A DNA stretch of 64,000 bases. Origin: Mobula hypostoma. Its lineage: Eukaryota. The translations under genes were made by a program, and so were the position numbers. The notes under the pieces were generated by a model that ran no database searches, had not been told where the DNA came from, and worked only from the letters and a program-made list of their open reading frames with translations. Shown here one piece after another: positions 12,501 to 23,899 of this stretch (the stretch's first letter is position 1; the number at the start of each line of letters is the position of its first letter). Where the stretch lies: the NCBI RefSeq assembly GCF_963921235.1, contig NC_086097.1:96784001-96848000 (forward strand), in the 5' to 3' direction.

Positions 12501-13210
12501 TAAGACTCTTGGCAGTGTGGAGGATCAGTGAGATCTTGGGATCCAAGTCTATTGGACACTAAAAGCTGCTGCGCAGGTTGACAGCATTGTTAAGAATGCA
12601 TATGGCGTGTGGCATTCATCAACCGTGGGACTGATTTCAAGAGCTGTGGGATAATGTGACAGCTATATAAGAATTTGGTCAGACCCCACTTGGAGTACTG
12701 TGTTTATTTCTGGTCACCTCACTACAGGAAGGATGTGGATACTATAGAGAGTGCAGAGGAGATTTACAAGGATGTTGCCTGGATTGGAGGGCGTACCTTG
12801 TGAGAATAGGTTGAGTGAACTTGGCCTTTTCTTCTTGGAGCTAAGGAGGATGAGAGGTGACCTGATAGAGGTGTACAAGGTGATGAGGGGCATTGATTGT
12901 GTGGATTGCCAGAGGCTTTTGTCAGGGCTGAAATGGCTAACGCCAGGGGCACAGTTTTAAGGTGCTAGGAAACAGGTACCGAGGGGATGTGAGAGATTTT
13001 TTCACACAGAGAGTGGTGGGTGTGTGGAACTCACTGCCGGCAGTGGTAGTGGAAGCAGATACATTCGGGTCTTTTCAGAGCCTCTTACATGGAGCTTAGA
13101 AAGATAGAGGGCTATGTACTAGGGAAATTCTAGATAGTTTCTCGAGTAGGTTACATGGTCAGTACAGCATTGTGGGCCGAAGGGCCTGTAATGTGCTGTT
13201 GATTTCTATG
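9567..13210 (+). mobile_element. CR1 LINE ORF2 (endonuclease-RT) remnant interrupted by a second CR1
   Basis: MGDFN, SDH, GNYRSVSLTS, VPQG|VLGPLLF, FADD and CR1 3' UTR; many stops and frameshifts. Confidence 0.92.
11018..12259 (-). mobile_element. Younger 5'-truncated CR1 nested in CR1, 6-bp TSD cctgtt
   Basis: Nearly open RT (11579-12205, 11087-11572, YADD); TSD at 11012-11017 and 12260-12265. Confidence 0.92.
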
Positions 13211-13580
13211 TCCCATTTGTCCAGTAGCTGAAATTGATAATTTTACAGTTAACTTGTAAGATTTTGTAACTGATTTTAAGGGGTGTTTAAGAATAATGCA
13301 TTTGATTTGATTTATTCAGGCGTTCAAGGTAAATCAAGGTGCATTTGGGATTGTGGATTTTGAAAACATCTTTAAACATTGAACAGATTTGTTTGATAAT
13401 TAGTTATTGTCTATGTAACTGGTCTTCGTGCACAAGCCCCTTTACAACATTAGGTCTTGTGTACTTCTCATTAGAAACATCTGTCTGCATCCTGAATGCC
13501 ATTTGTGGCTCTGTTGCATGTGCATAGTTTCTCATAAGCAAATTATAAGGCCACAATTATCCCCAGCTCCTCTAAATATT

Positions 13581-14577
13581 CACAGTGTGTTGGGGGAGGT
13601 CAGCAAGCCAGGCACCATCAATGGATGGGAATGAACAGTCGATGTTTTGGGTCGAGGCACTTCATCAGGACTGGAAAGGAAGGAGGAAGAAGTCAGAATA
13701 AGAAGGTGGGGGAGTGGAGGAAGTAGTACATATGGCAGGTGATAGGTGAAACTGGGAGTGGGGAGGAAGTAAAGCAAAGAGCTGGGAAGTGTTGTCTCAC
13801 TTGGCAGGGCTGTTTTGGGCCCTGAGTAGTAGTGAGGGGCAGATGTGGTACTTGTGCTTGCGAGGGTAAGTGGCAGTGCTACTCATATGGCCTCCTGTAT
13901 ATCGTGGATACCCAACGTAGGTTGGGAGACCGCTTCATCGAGCTGCTCCACTTCATCCGCCACAAAAACCAGAATTAGCTGGTGGCCACCCATTTCAATT
14001 CTCATTCCCATTCTGACATGTCAGTCCACAGCCTATTCTACTGCCATGACGAGGCCACACCTCGCTTGGAGGAGCGCCACCTTGTATTCCACCTGGGTAT
14101 CCTCCAACCTGATGACATGAACTTTGATTTTTCGAACTTCCGGTAATTGCTCCCACCTCCTCTCCTTCACCATTCCCCATTGTTGTTTCCCTCTCACACT
14201 GTCTCTCCTTCCCTGCCATTCACCTGGCTCCAGTGCTTCTCCCCCTTCCTTTCTTCTGTGGTCTTTTGTCCTCCTCTATTAGATTCCCCTTTCTCCAGTC
14301 CTTTATCTCTTTCACCAATCAACTTCCCAGCTCTTTATTTCACCCCCTTCCCCGTCGCAATTTTACCTATCACCTGCCACCTTGTACTACTTCCTCCTCT
14401 CCCCCCATCTTCTTATTCTGACTTCTTCCCCCTTCATTCCTAGACCTGATTAAGGGTCTTGGCCCGAAACATCAACTGTTTATTCCCATCCATGTATGCT
14501 GCCTGACCTGCTGAGCAACTCCAGCATATTGTGTGTATTGCCCTAGTTTTCCTGCATCTGCAGTACCTCTTGTGTCC
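13581..14577. mobile_element. Penelope-like element: inverted pLTR fragment (minus) plus GIY-YIG C-terminus and pLTR (plus)
   Basis: RRLGDRFIE..PVATHFNS..HSDMSVH..LEE..L.F.LG.LQP endonuclease remnant; decayed hammerhead motifs at 13636-13673 (-) and 14441-14478 (+). Confidence 0.8.
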
Positions 14578-14620
14578 TCAATATTACTTAACAGAGGGTG
14601 ATGTCTTGTGTTCGACACAG

Positions 14621-14824
14621 ATAATGAAATGAATGACCTGAATAAAGGAATCGATCCACAGAATTTCTACTGTCCCTCCAACAAAAACATCAATCTTGAG
14701 GAGGAGAAGAATTATCTTCTGGACCAAGCAACAGCTGAACTGAAACAGGACAACTTGCATCAGGAACATTTCTTAAAGATTACTAGGAGACTTGCCGCAC
14801 TCAAAGGAGAAGATCCAAATACGG
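14621..14824 (+). CDS. ZFYVE19: ZFYVE19 exon (MIM1-B-like motif)
   Basis: acacag|...|gtgagt; NEMNDLNKG...LEEEKNYLLDQATAELKQDN...ITRRLAALKGEDPNT; 204 nt, phase 1-1; branch-point-like tacttaac at 14585-14592. Confidence 0.93.
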
Positions 14825-14974
14825 GTGAGTGCAGGTGATTTTGGAAAGTTTCACTATGTGTTTTTAGAATTTTTTAAAAGTTTAATCTCATGGTATAGGT
14901 AATCCTTGATATTGCCCTTCTTGAATGCTGTATGCTGTCTTCCCGCTCTTGAGGTTCGTAAGGCAATGGTGTGC

Positions 14975-17200
14975 CCAGTATAGGACTTGAAAGGAAGGGG
15001 GCAGAAACCAGCATGAGATGGCAGGGGGAGGGGAAGGAGTACAAGCTGGTGGTGTTAGGTGAGACCCAGTGAGGGGGAGAGGAAGAGGTAAGATGCTGAG
15101 AATGAGAGGATAGGTGGAATTGGAAAAGGGCTGAAGAAGAAAGAATCTCAGAGGAGAGGACAGTGGACCATGGAAGAAAGGGAAGGAGGAGGGACACCAG
15201 AGAGGTGATGGACAGATGAGAAGTGGGTGAGAGGGTAACTGGAATGGAAAATGGTAAAAGAGAAGAAAGAGCAGGGAGAAATTCCTGAATGTTAGAGAAA
15301 TCAATGTTCATGCCATCATGTTGGAGGCTACCCAGACGGAATAGAAGGTGTGGCTTCTGCATCCTGAGTTTGGCCTCATCATGGCAGTAGAGGTGGCTAT
15401 GGACAGACATGTCAGAATGGGAATAGGAAGTTGAATTGAAATGGGTGGCCACCCGGAGATCTTGCATTTTGTGGCAGATAGAACAAAGGTGCTCAATGAA
15501 GCGGTCCCCTGATATACAGTAGGACACACCAGGTGCACTAGATAGATAGATATACTTTATTAATCCTGAGGGAAATTTGGTTTCGTTACAGCCGCACCAA
15601 CCAAGAATACAGCATAAATATAACAATACAAAAACTACCAACAATCAAACAACAAAATGCAAACTATGTCAGATGGAAAATAAGTCCAGGACCAGTCTAT
15701 TGGATCAGGGTGTCTGACCCTCTAAGGGAGGAGCTGCATGTTCGATGGCCACAGGCGGGAACGACCTCCTGTGCCGCTAAGTGTTGTATCACGGTGGAAT
15801 GTGGCCGAAGTCCAACAGTAAGAAGTTCGATATCCAGTCTGCAAACACGTTCCTCGATCGTAATATGCCCCGGATTGCACCATCTGTTGTTAACCAGATC
15901 AGTAAGCACCCAACTCCTTTATGCTTACCGCTCTCAGTGCACTTCCGGTCAGCCGGAACGATATTACCCACCAAACTCCTCTTTTCCATAAGTCTCTGTT
16001 GTCTCAACCCAGTCCTCTTTTCTCGACTTTGTCATCCCCCTCTGCATCCTCTGTGTGTTTTCCTCCGGATTTCAGCAGGAGTGTCCGCCGCTCTGCTCAC
16101 TAAACCAGCTGGCATTAGCTGGTTTCTGGAATACACAATGCAACCTTGCTTCTGTCCCGCATGTCGGGATGTAACCATTTCCAGCGCTAAAAAAAACCCA
16201 AATAAAACTCTCTCTACCAGCATGTTAGAGAGGGTGCAGCTTCGACGTGTTACCATGAGACAAAAAATACAAAAAATAATGTAAATTAAAAAATAAGAAG
16301 AAGAAAGCAAGAATAGATCGGAACAGCTGTACCAGGCTGCATGCACGACCGGCGCATGCGCACTATGGATCACTATGGATACAGTAGATGACCCCCGACA
16401 GGCTCACAGATGAAGTGTTGCTTCACCTGGAAGGACTGGTTGGGGCCCTGAATGGTGGTGAGGGTGAAGATGAAAGTGCAGGAGGGAGATCAGTGGGGAG
16501 GGACAGTGGATAAGGAAGTCACATAGAGCGATCCCTGCAGAAAACAGAGAGGGGAGGAGAGGAAATGATGTCTTTAATGGTAAGATCCATTTGAAGACAG
16601 CGGATGTTACGGAGAATAAATGCTGGATGTGGAGGCTCATGAGGTTGTAAATAAGGACAAGGAGAACTCAATCCCTGTTATGACGGTGGGAGGAAGGGGT
16701 GACGGCAGACGTGCGTGAAATGGTGGAGATGTAGGTGAGTGCAGCATCGACAGTGGTTGAAGGGAAACGCTATTCTTTGGAAAAAGAGGACATCTCTGAT
16801 CTTCTGGAATGGAAAGCCTCACCCTGAGAACAGAAAGAGTGGTGACAGAGGAACTGAGAAAAGGGAGTGGTATTTTACAAGTGATTGGGTGGGAGGAGGT
16901 ATATTCAAGATAACTGTGAGAGTCGTTAGGTTTGTAAAAGACACCAGTGGATTGTCTGTATCCAGAGAAGTTGAGAAATGTCAGAGGTGGGCCAACTTAA
17001 TTTGAGGGCAGGGTGGAAGTGGAGGCAAAGTTGATGATATTGTCGAGCTCAGCAGTGGTGCAGGAGGCAGCAGCAATGCAGTCATCGACATAGCAGAGGA
17101 GCGTTACCAGTGTAAGCTTGGACAATAGATTATTCCATGTCACTGATGAAAAGGCAGGCACAGCTGGGCCATTGTGAGTGCCCATGGCTACACCTTTAGT
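14975..17200 (-). mobile_element. Penelope-like retroelement remnant (RT fragment plus GIY-YIG), split by an insertion
   Basis: TKGVAMGT...YVDDCIAAASC (16997-17203) and GDRFIEHLCS...RLGSLQHDGMNIDFSN. Confidence 0.82.
15541..16360 (-). mobile_element. Internally deleted non-autonomous Rex1-type LINE derivative
   Basis: 5' end, endonuclease fragment (SGK..G...VNNRWCNPGHITIEERVC..DIELLTVGLRP) joined directly to the 3' end; (tatc)n tail; gcacta at both flanks; CpG-rich. Confidence 0.7.
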
Positions 17201-17215
17201 CATACTTTATTGATC

Positions 17216-19320
17216 CACACCTTTGGCAAGTGTTTCTGGGAATAATGCGGAAGGTGCAGGATCAGTTCATTCCAAAGAGGAAGAAAGATCCTAAGGGGAG
17301 TAAGGGGAGGCCGTGGCTGACAAGGGAAGTAATGGACAGTATAAAAATAAAAGAGAAGTATAACATAGCAAAGATGAGTGGGAAGCCAGAGGATTGGGAA
17401 ATTTTTAAAGAGCAACAGAAGGTAACTAAAAAGGCAATACGTGGAGAAAAAATGAGGTACGAAGGTTAACTAGCTAAGAATATAAAGGAGGATAGTAATA
17501 GCTTCTTTAGGTAGGTGAAAAGGAAAAAAGTAGTTGAGACCAAAATTGGGCCCTTGAAGACAGAAGCGGGTGAATTTATTATGGGGAACAAGGAAATGGC
17601 AGACGAGTTGAATGGGTACTTTGGATCTGTCTTCACTATGGAAGACACAAACAATCTCCCAGATGTAATAGTGGCCAAAGGACCTAGGGTAATGGATGAA
17701 TTGAAGGAAATTTATATTGGGCAGGAAATGGTGTTGGGTCTGAAGGCTGATAAGTCCCCGGGACCTGATGGTCTGCATCCCAGGGTACTTAAGGAGGTGG
17801 CTTTAGAAATCGTGGACGCATTGGTAATTATTTTCCAATGTTCTATAGATTCAGGATCAGTTCCTGTGGATTGGAGGGTGGCTAATGTTGTCCCTCTCTT
17901 CAAGAAGGGAGGAAGAGAGAAAACAGGGAATTATAGACCGATTAGCCTGACGTTGGTGGTGGGAAAGATGCTGGAGTCAATTATAAAAGATGAAATTACG
18001 ACACATCTGGATAGCAGTAACAGGATTGGTCCGAGTCAGCATGGATTTACGAAGGGGAAATCGTGCCTGACTAATCTTCTGGAATTTTTTGAGGATGTAA
18101 CTATGAAAATGGACAAGGGAGAGCCAGTGGATGTAGTGTACCTAGACTTTCAGAAAGCCTTTGATAAAGTCCTACATAGGAGATTTAGTGGGCAAAATTA
18201 GGGCACATGGTATTGGGGGCAGAGTACTGACATGGATTGAAAATTAGCTGGCTGACAGAAAACAAAGAGTAGCGATTAACGGGACCCTTTCAGAATCGCA
18301 GGCGGTGACCAGTGGGGTACCACAGGGTTCAGTGCTGGGACCGCAGCTGTTTACAATATATATTAATGATTTAGATGAGGGAATTAAAAGTGACATTAGC
18401 AAATTTGCCTATGACACAAAGCTGGGTGGCAGTGTGAAATGTGAGGAGGATGTTATGAGAATGCAGGCTGACTTGGACAGGCTGGGTGAGTGGGCAGATG
18501 AGTTTAATGTGGATAAATGTGAGATTATCCACTTTGGTGGTAAGAACAGGAAGGCAGATTATTATCTAAATGGAGTCAATTTAGGAAAAGGGGAAGTACA
18601 ACGAGATCTAGGTGTTCTTGTACATCAGTCACTGAAAGCAAGCATGCAAGTACAGCAGACAGTGAAGAAAGCTAATGGCGTGCTGGCCTTCATAACAAGG
18701 GAAATTGAGTATAAGAGCAAAGAGGTCCTTCTGCAGCTGTACAGGGCCCTGGTGAGACCATACCTGGAGTACTGTGTGCAGTTTTGGTCTCCAAATTTGA
18801 GGAAGGACATTCTTGCTATTGAGGGAATGCAGCGTAGGTTACAAGGTCAATTCCCGGGATGGCGGGACTGTCATATGTCGAAAGATTGGAGCAACTGGGC
18901 TTGTGTACTCTGGAATTTAGAAGGCTGAGAGGGGATCTTATTGAAACATATAAGATTATTAAGGGATTGGACACGCTGGAGGCAGGAAGCATGTTCCTGC
19001 TGATGGGTGATTCCAGAACCAGAGGCCACACTTTAAGAATAAGGGGTAGGCCATTTAGAATGGAGTTGAGGAAAAACTTTTTCACCCAGAGAGTGGTGGA
19101 TGTATGGAATGCTCTGCCCCAGAAGGCTGTGGAGGCCAAGTCTCTGGATGCTTTCAAGAAAGAGATGGATAGTGCTCTTAAAGATAGCCGAATCAAAGGT
19201 TATGGGGATAAGGCAGGAACTGGATACTGATTGTGGATGATCAGCCATGATCACAGTGAATGGCGGTGCTGGCTCGAAGGGCCGAATGGCCTACTCCTGC
19301 ACCTATTGTCTATTGTCTAT
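17216..19320 (+). mobile_element. CR1 LINE, 5'-truncated ORF2 with few lesions
   Basis: KSPGPDGLHPRVLKE, NYRPISLT, GVPQGSVLGP, (ctattgt)n tail. Confidence 0.94.
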
Positions 19321-19464
19321 ATAGTGTGGAGAAAGTAGGAGGAGCCAAAAAAGTAGCCTAACAAACTCTTGTACTAGGCCCTCAAAATTGTGAGAATGTC
19401 ATGGGCCTTCCTTTTACAAAGGCTGTTATCGGGCAACTTTTCACTGACTTGGACAGACGACAAT

Positions 19465-19890
19465 TAACTCAGAGCCATTATTGTAATACCAATAGTCATA
19501 CCATAACACAGAATAGTTGCCACCATCCATCTGAGTGTAATAATTGTGATATTGATCCCTTACTTTCTTCATCTCTTTGGAAGCTTCTCAGATGTGATTT
19601 TGCCAACCTACTTATATTTTCTGATTCGCCAGGTACAGCAACCCAGGTGCCTCTTTTTCTGACAGAATAAAATCCAAAGCCATTCTGTTCTGTAATGCTA
19701 CTGCACGAACAGCCACCAGTTGTGCTGACAACTTGGTAGATGCTTGTTGGGTTTGATCAAAGGCACATGTGGTTTCCTTTGTTATTTTCTCCAAAGCCAA
19801 TGCCATATTAATTAGTTCCCAGGATAACCTTGCAATCCCGTATCCTGGAAAGTCAATCGTCCAGAATCTCTTGACCTCTGTTATAGACTT
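19465..19890 (-). mobile_element. Endogenous retrovirus env transmembrane-subunit remnant
   Basis: Fusion-peptide-like FPGYGIARL, heptad repeat, immunosuppressive domain VALQNRMALDFILSEK, frameshifted GT..GCCT..ESENISRLA, then a hydrophobic TM segment. Confidence 0.88.
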
Positions 19891-21836
19891 CTGTGCCAGC
19901 AGACCAGAGGGTGGTGAGGTTGTGACAACCAATTGTCGCATGTGAGCCATCAGTATATAGAATTAAATCTTTGGGAGAGTAATACCAAAAGGATACAGTT
20001 GGTCTTCATGTTCTTGAATTAAGACTGCTATCTTGTGTTTCTTGTTAACGTGTATTCTTCATGCCAGATGTTGGAGTCCTTGGAGACCCAGAGTCTCCCA
20101 GGTAACTACATCTGTGTGAAGTGCATCTGGCTGCAACTCTTTGAAGACCATGTCAGGGATCTGGAGCAGTAGTTGCATGATGTTTGGTTTGCACGAGAGA
20201 ATGAGGAGATAATTGATCAGAGTTACAGGGAAGTAGTCACCTTGGAATTGCAGGAGGTGACTACTAGGTGACTGTCAGGAGAAATGGAAATGTGAATAAG
20301 CAGTTAGCGCAGATCTCCCCTGTGGCCATTCCCCTCAATAATAGGTATACAGTTTTGGGTACTGTTGTGGGGGATGACCTCCCAGGGGAATACCACGGAG
20401 ATCGGGTTACTGGCACTGAGCATTGGTCTGTGGTACAGAGGGGAAAAAGGGAGAAGAAGGGACTGGTAGAGCTAGGGGAGTCGGTAGCCAGGGGAACAGA
20501 CAGGAGGTTCTGTGTGCATAAATGGGAAACCCGGATGGTGTATTGCGTCCCAGGTGCTAGGGTCAGGGACGTCTCGGATCGTGTCCACAACATTTTGTGG
20601 GGGTGGGGGGGGGGAAGTAGCCAGATGTCTTGGTACATATTGGTATCAATGACATAGGAAAGAAAAACAAAGAGGTCCTGAAAGGAGAATTTCGAGAGCT
20701 AGGTAGAAAGCTGAGAAATAGGGCTTCCAGAGTAGTAATTTCTGGATTGTTGCCTGTGACACACACCAGTGACGGTAGAAACAAGATGATTGCCAATTTA
20801 ATGTGTGGCCGAGAAGCCAGTGCAGGGGGCGGGGCTTCAGAGTCTTGGATCATTGGAATCTCTTCTGGGGAAGGTATGACCTGTTCAGAAGTTTCGGGTT
20901 ACACCTGAACTCGAGAGGGAACCAATATTCCTTCGGGCAGGTTTGTTAGAGCTGTTGGGGAGGGCTTAAACATCAAATGGGCAGGGGGATGGGAACCAGA
21001 GTGAAGGGACTCAGGATAGGATGGATGGTTAAAAAGCAAAGATGGCATGCAGTCAGACCGTCAGGAAGGGCAGGCAGATGATAGGACAAATTTGCAACCA
21101 GCAGGATGATTATCAGTGCATTAGGGATGCAGAATCAAAAAGGGTAGCAAATACAGCGCTCAAAGTGTTACATCTCAGTGCATGGAGTATAAGAAATAAG
21201 GTGGAGGATCTTGTTGCACTTTACAGATTGTCAGGTATGATGTTGTGGCCATCACTGAATCGTGGCTGAAGGATGGTTGTAGCTGGGAGCTGAATGTCCA
21301 AGGTTACACGTTGTATCGGAGGGATAGGAAGGAAGGCAGAGGGTTGGTGTGGACCTGCTGGTAAAAAATGGCATCAAATCAGCAGAAAGATGTGACATAG
21401 GTTTGGAAGATGTTGAATCATTGTGGGTTTAGTTTCGAAACTGCATGGGTAAAAGGACCCTGATGGCAGTTATATACAGGTCTCCCAACAGTAGCTGGGA
21501 TGTGAACCACAGATTACAACGGGAAATGGTAAAGGGCGAATCAAAAGGGCAATGATATGATAGTCATGGGAGATTTCAACATGCAGGTTGGTTGGGAAAA
21601 CCAGGTTGGAAATGGATCTCAAGAGAGTGAGTTTGATGAATGCCCACACCATGGCTTTTTAGAGTAGTTTGTCATTGAGCCTACTAGGGGATCAGCTATA
21701 CTGGATGGGTGTTATGTAATGCACCAGAGATGATTAGGGAGCTTAAGGTAATAGAACCCTTAGGAGACAGTGATCACAATGTGATTGAGTTCAACTTGAA
21801 ATTTGATAGGAAGAAAGTAAAGTCTAATGTAGAGGT

Positions 21837-21991
21837 GCACACAAACACGAGGAAATCTGCAGGATATCTTTTACTATCTCTTCTTTCAGTTGGTCCTGAC
21901 GAAGGGTCTTGGCCTGAAACGTCGACTGTACCTCTTCCTATAGATGCTGCCTGGCCTGCTGAGTTCACCAGCAATTTTTATGTGTGTTGCT
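21837..21991 (+). mobile_element. 155-bp Penelope-derived insertion with hammerhead motif, inverted head and 14-bp TSD
   Basis: TSD tctaatgtag(a/t)ggt at 21823-21836 and 21992-22005; the first ~28 bp are an inverted piece of the pLTR tail. Confidence 0.8.
21891..21928 (+). ncRNA. Minimal type I hammerhead ribozyme motif (Penelope-associated)
   Basis: tggtc-CTGACGA-a-gggt-cttg-gcct-GAAA-cGTC-gactg: stem I, conserved core, stem II, GUC cleavage triplet, palindromic ACGT in place of stem III. Confidence 0.72.
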
Positions 21992-22467
21992 TCTAATGTA
22001 GTGGTATTTCAGTGGAGTAAAGGAAATTATAGTGGTATGAGAGAGGAGTTGGCTAAAGTGAATTGGAAGGAGATACTGACAGGATTGACAGCACAACAGC
22101 AATGGTGTGAGTTTCTGGGGAAAATGAGGAAGGTGCAGGATAGATGTATTCCGAAAACAAAGTAATACTCAAAAATGGCAAAATAGTATAACTGTGGCTG
22201 ACAAGGGAAATCAAAGCTAATGTAAAAGCAAAAGGGAGGCCATACAACAAAGCAAAAACTAGTGGGAAGGCCGAGGATTGGGAAGCTTTTAAAACCTTAG
22301 AGCAACTAGAATCATTAGGAAGAAAAAGATGAAATATGAAAACAGGCTAGCAAACAATATCAAAGTAGATGGTAAAAGCTTTTTCAAATATGTAAGAGAT
22401 CAGAGTGTGTATAGGACTGCTAGAAAATATGGCCTGAGAAATAATAATGAGGGCCAAGGAGATGGCA

Positions 22468-22509
22468 TCATCATTATCATCATCAGGTGCCATGCTCAGT
22501 TTGAGCTTT
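22468..22509 (-). mobile_element. 42-bp RTE 3'-end insertion, 7-bp TSD gatggca
   Basis: Reverse complement matches the RTE 3' end near 31920-31955; (atg)n tail; TSD at 22461-22467 and 22510-22516. Confidence 0.8.
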
Positions 22510-23324
22510 GATGGCAGATAAACTAAATGAGTATTTTGCATCAGTCTTCACTGTGGAAGACACTAGCTGTGTGCCAGATGTTGAAGGGTGTGAGGGAAGA
22601 GAAGTGAGTGCTGTTATTATTACAAGGGAGAAGATGCTGAAAAAGCTGAAAGACCTAAGGGTACATAAGTCACCCGGACCAGATGAACTTCACCTTAGGA
22701 TTCTGAAAGAGGTAGATTGTGTAAGCATTACTAATGATCTTTCAGAAATCATTGGAGCCAGAGGACTGGAAAATTGCAAATGTCACTCCACTCTTTAAGA
22801 AACGAGGCAAGCAGCAGAAAGGAAATTGTAGACCTGTTTGCCTGACCTCAGAGGCTGGGAAGATGTTGGAGTACTTGGTGACACAGGACATGATAAGACA
22901 AAATCAGCATGATTTCCTTAAGGGAAAACCTTGCCTGATAACCCTTTTGGAATTTTTTGAGGAGATTACACGTCGGGTAAATAAAGGAGATGCAGTGGAT
23001 GTTGTATATTTGGAGTTTCAGAAGGCCTTCGACAAGGTGCCACACATGAGGCTGCTTACCAAATTAAGGGCCCATGGCTTCCCAGGAAAGTTATTCGCAT
23101 GGTTAGAGCATTGTCTGATTGGTAGGAGGCAGTGAGTGGGAATAAAGGATCCTTTTCTGTTTGGCTGCCAGTGACTAAATGTGTTCCGCAGGGATTGGTG
23201 TTAGGGCCACTTCTTTTTATGCTGTATATCAATGATTTAGAAGATGGAATAGATGGGTTTGTTGCCAAGTTTGCTGATGATATGAAGATTGGTGGAGGGG
23301 CAGGTGGTATTGAGGAAACAGGTA

Positions 23325-23830
23325 GACCTTATTTGCCCATTAACTTTCAATTGCTAACACATTTTACGAAGCTTATTTTTAATTGTTCCATTCATTCTTT
23401 CTACTCAGCGTGTAGAGTACAATGAGGGTAGTAGCTACAATGGACATGGTGGTCAATCTGTAAGGCCTTACTTGTTTCTTTTATTACCTTCGCAGTAAAG
23501 AGGGTACAGTTGTTGCTAGACAATTTCCAAGGGATCCCAAACCTTGGGATGATTTCCTTCGATAAACATTTAGCTACTGTAACTGTATCACTCTTTTTAC
23601 AAGGAAATACTTCAACTCACCATGGAAGGAAAGAACATCAATAATGACCAATAAACATTTATATCCTTCACATGAAAGTAATACTGTAAAATCCATCTGT
23701 AAATGCACACACGATTTATCAGGGGGTGGTGTTTGAGATCCTTCCACCTTTATCTGTTTTCCTGGATTTTGTAAAATGCATATCATACATTGTTCACAAA
23801 CTTGATTTACAGTTTGTGATGAACCAGGGG
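23325..23830 (-). mobile_element. Endogenous retrovirus integrase remnant (class I-like)
   Basis: CEQCMICILQNPGK..LQMDF..GYKCLLVIID..TVAKCLSKEIIPRFGIP..ERMNGTIKNKL with frameshifts. Confidence 0.88.
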
Positions 23831-23899
23831 CAAACTATGTTTGATTTATATGATCTATCCAGTGAGTACAGACCCAGAGCAATCCAACATTCCTCGTAT

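Larger units (their letters stand above)
20050..23325 (+). mobile_element. CR1 LINE with ORF1 (zinc finger/leucine zipper, SGNH esterase) and disrupted ORF2, inserted in the ERV
   Basis: CVPGARVRDV, VHIGINDIG, EN and RT motifs (FADD); 3' end missing. Confidence 0.88.

Noticed and set aside
14595..14620. Alternative upstream acceptor (ttaacag) for the 204-nt ZFYVE19 exon
   Set aside because: It would add 26 nt, shift frame and hit TGA; the AG sits directly after the likely branch point.
14874..15644. 256-aa ORF suggesting a novel membrane or secreted protein
   Set aside because: Chance read-through across a LINE tail, a Penelope GIY-YIG remnant and a pyrimidine-rich pLTR.
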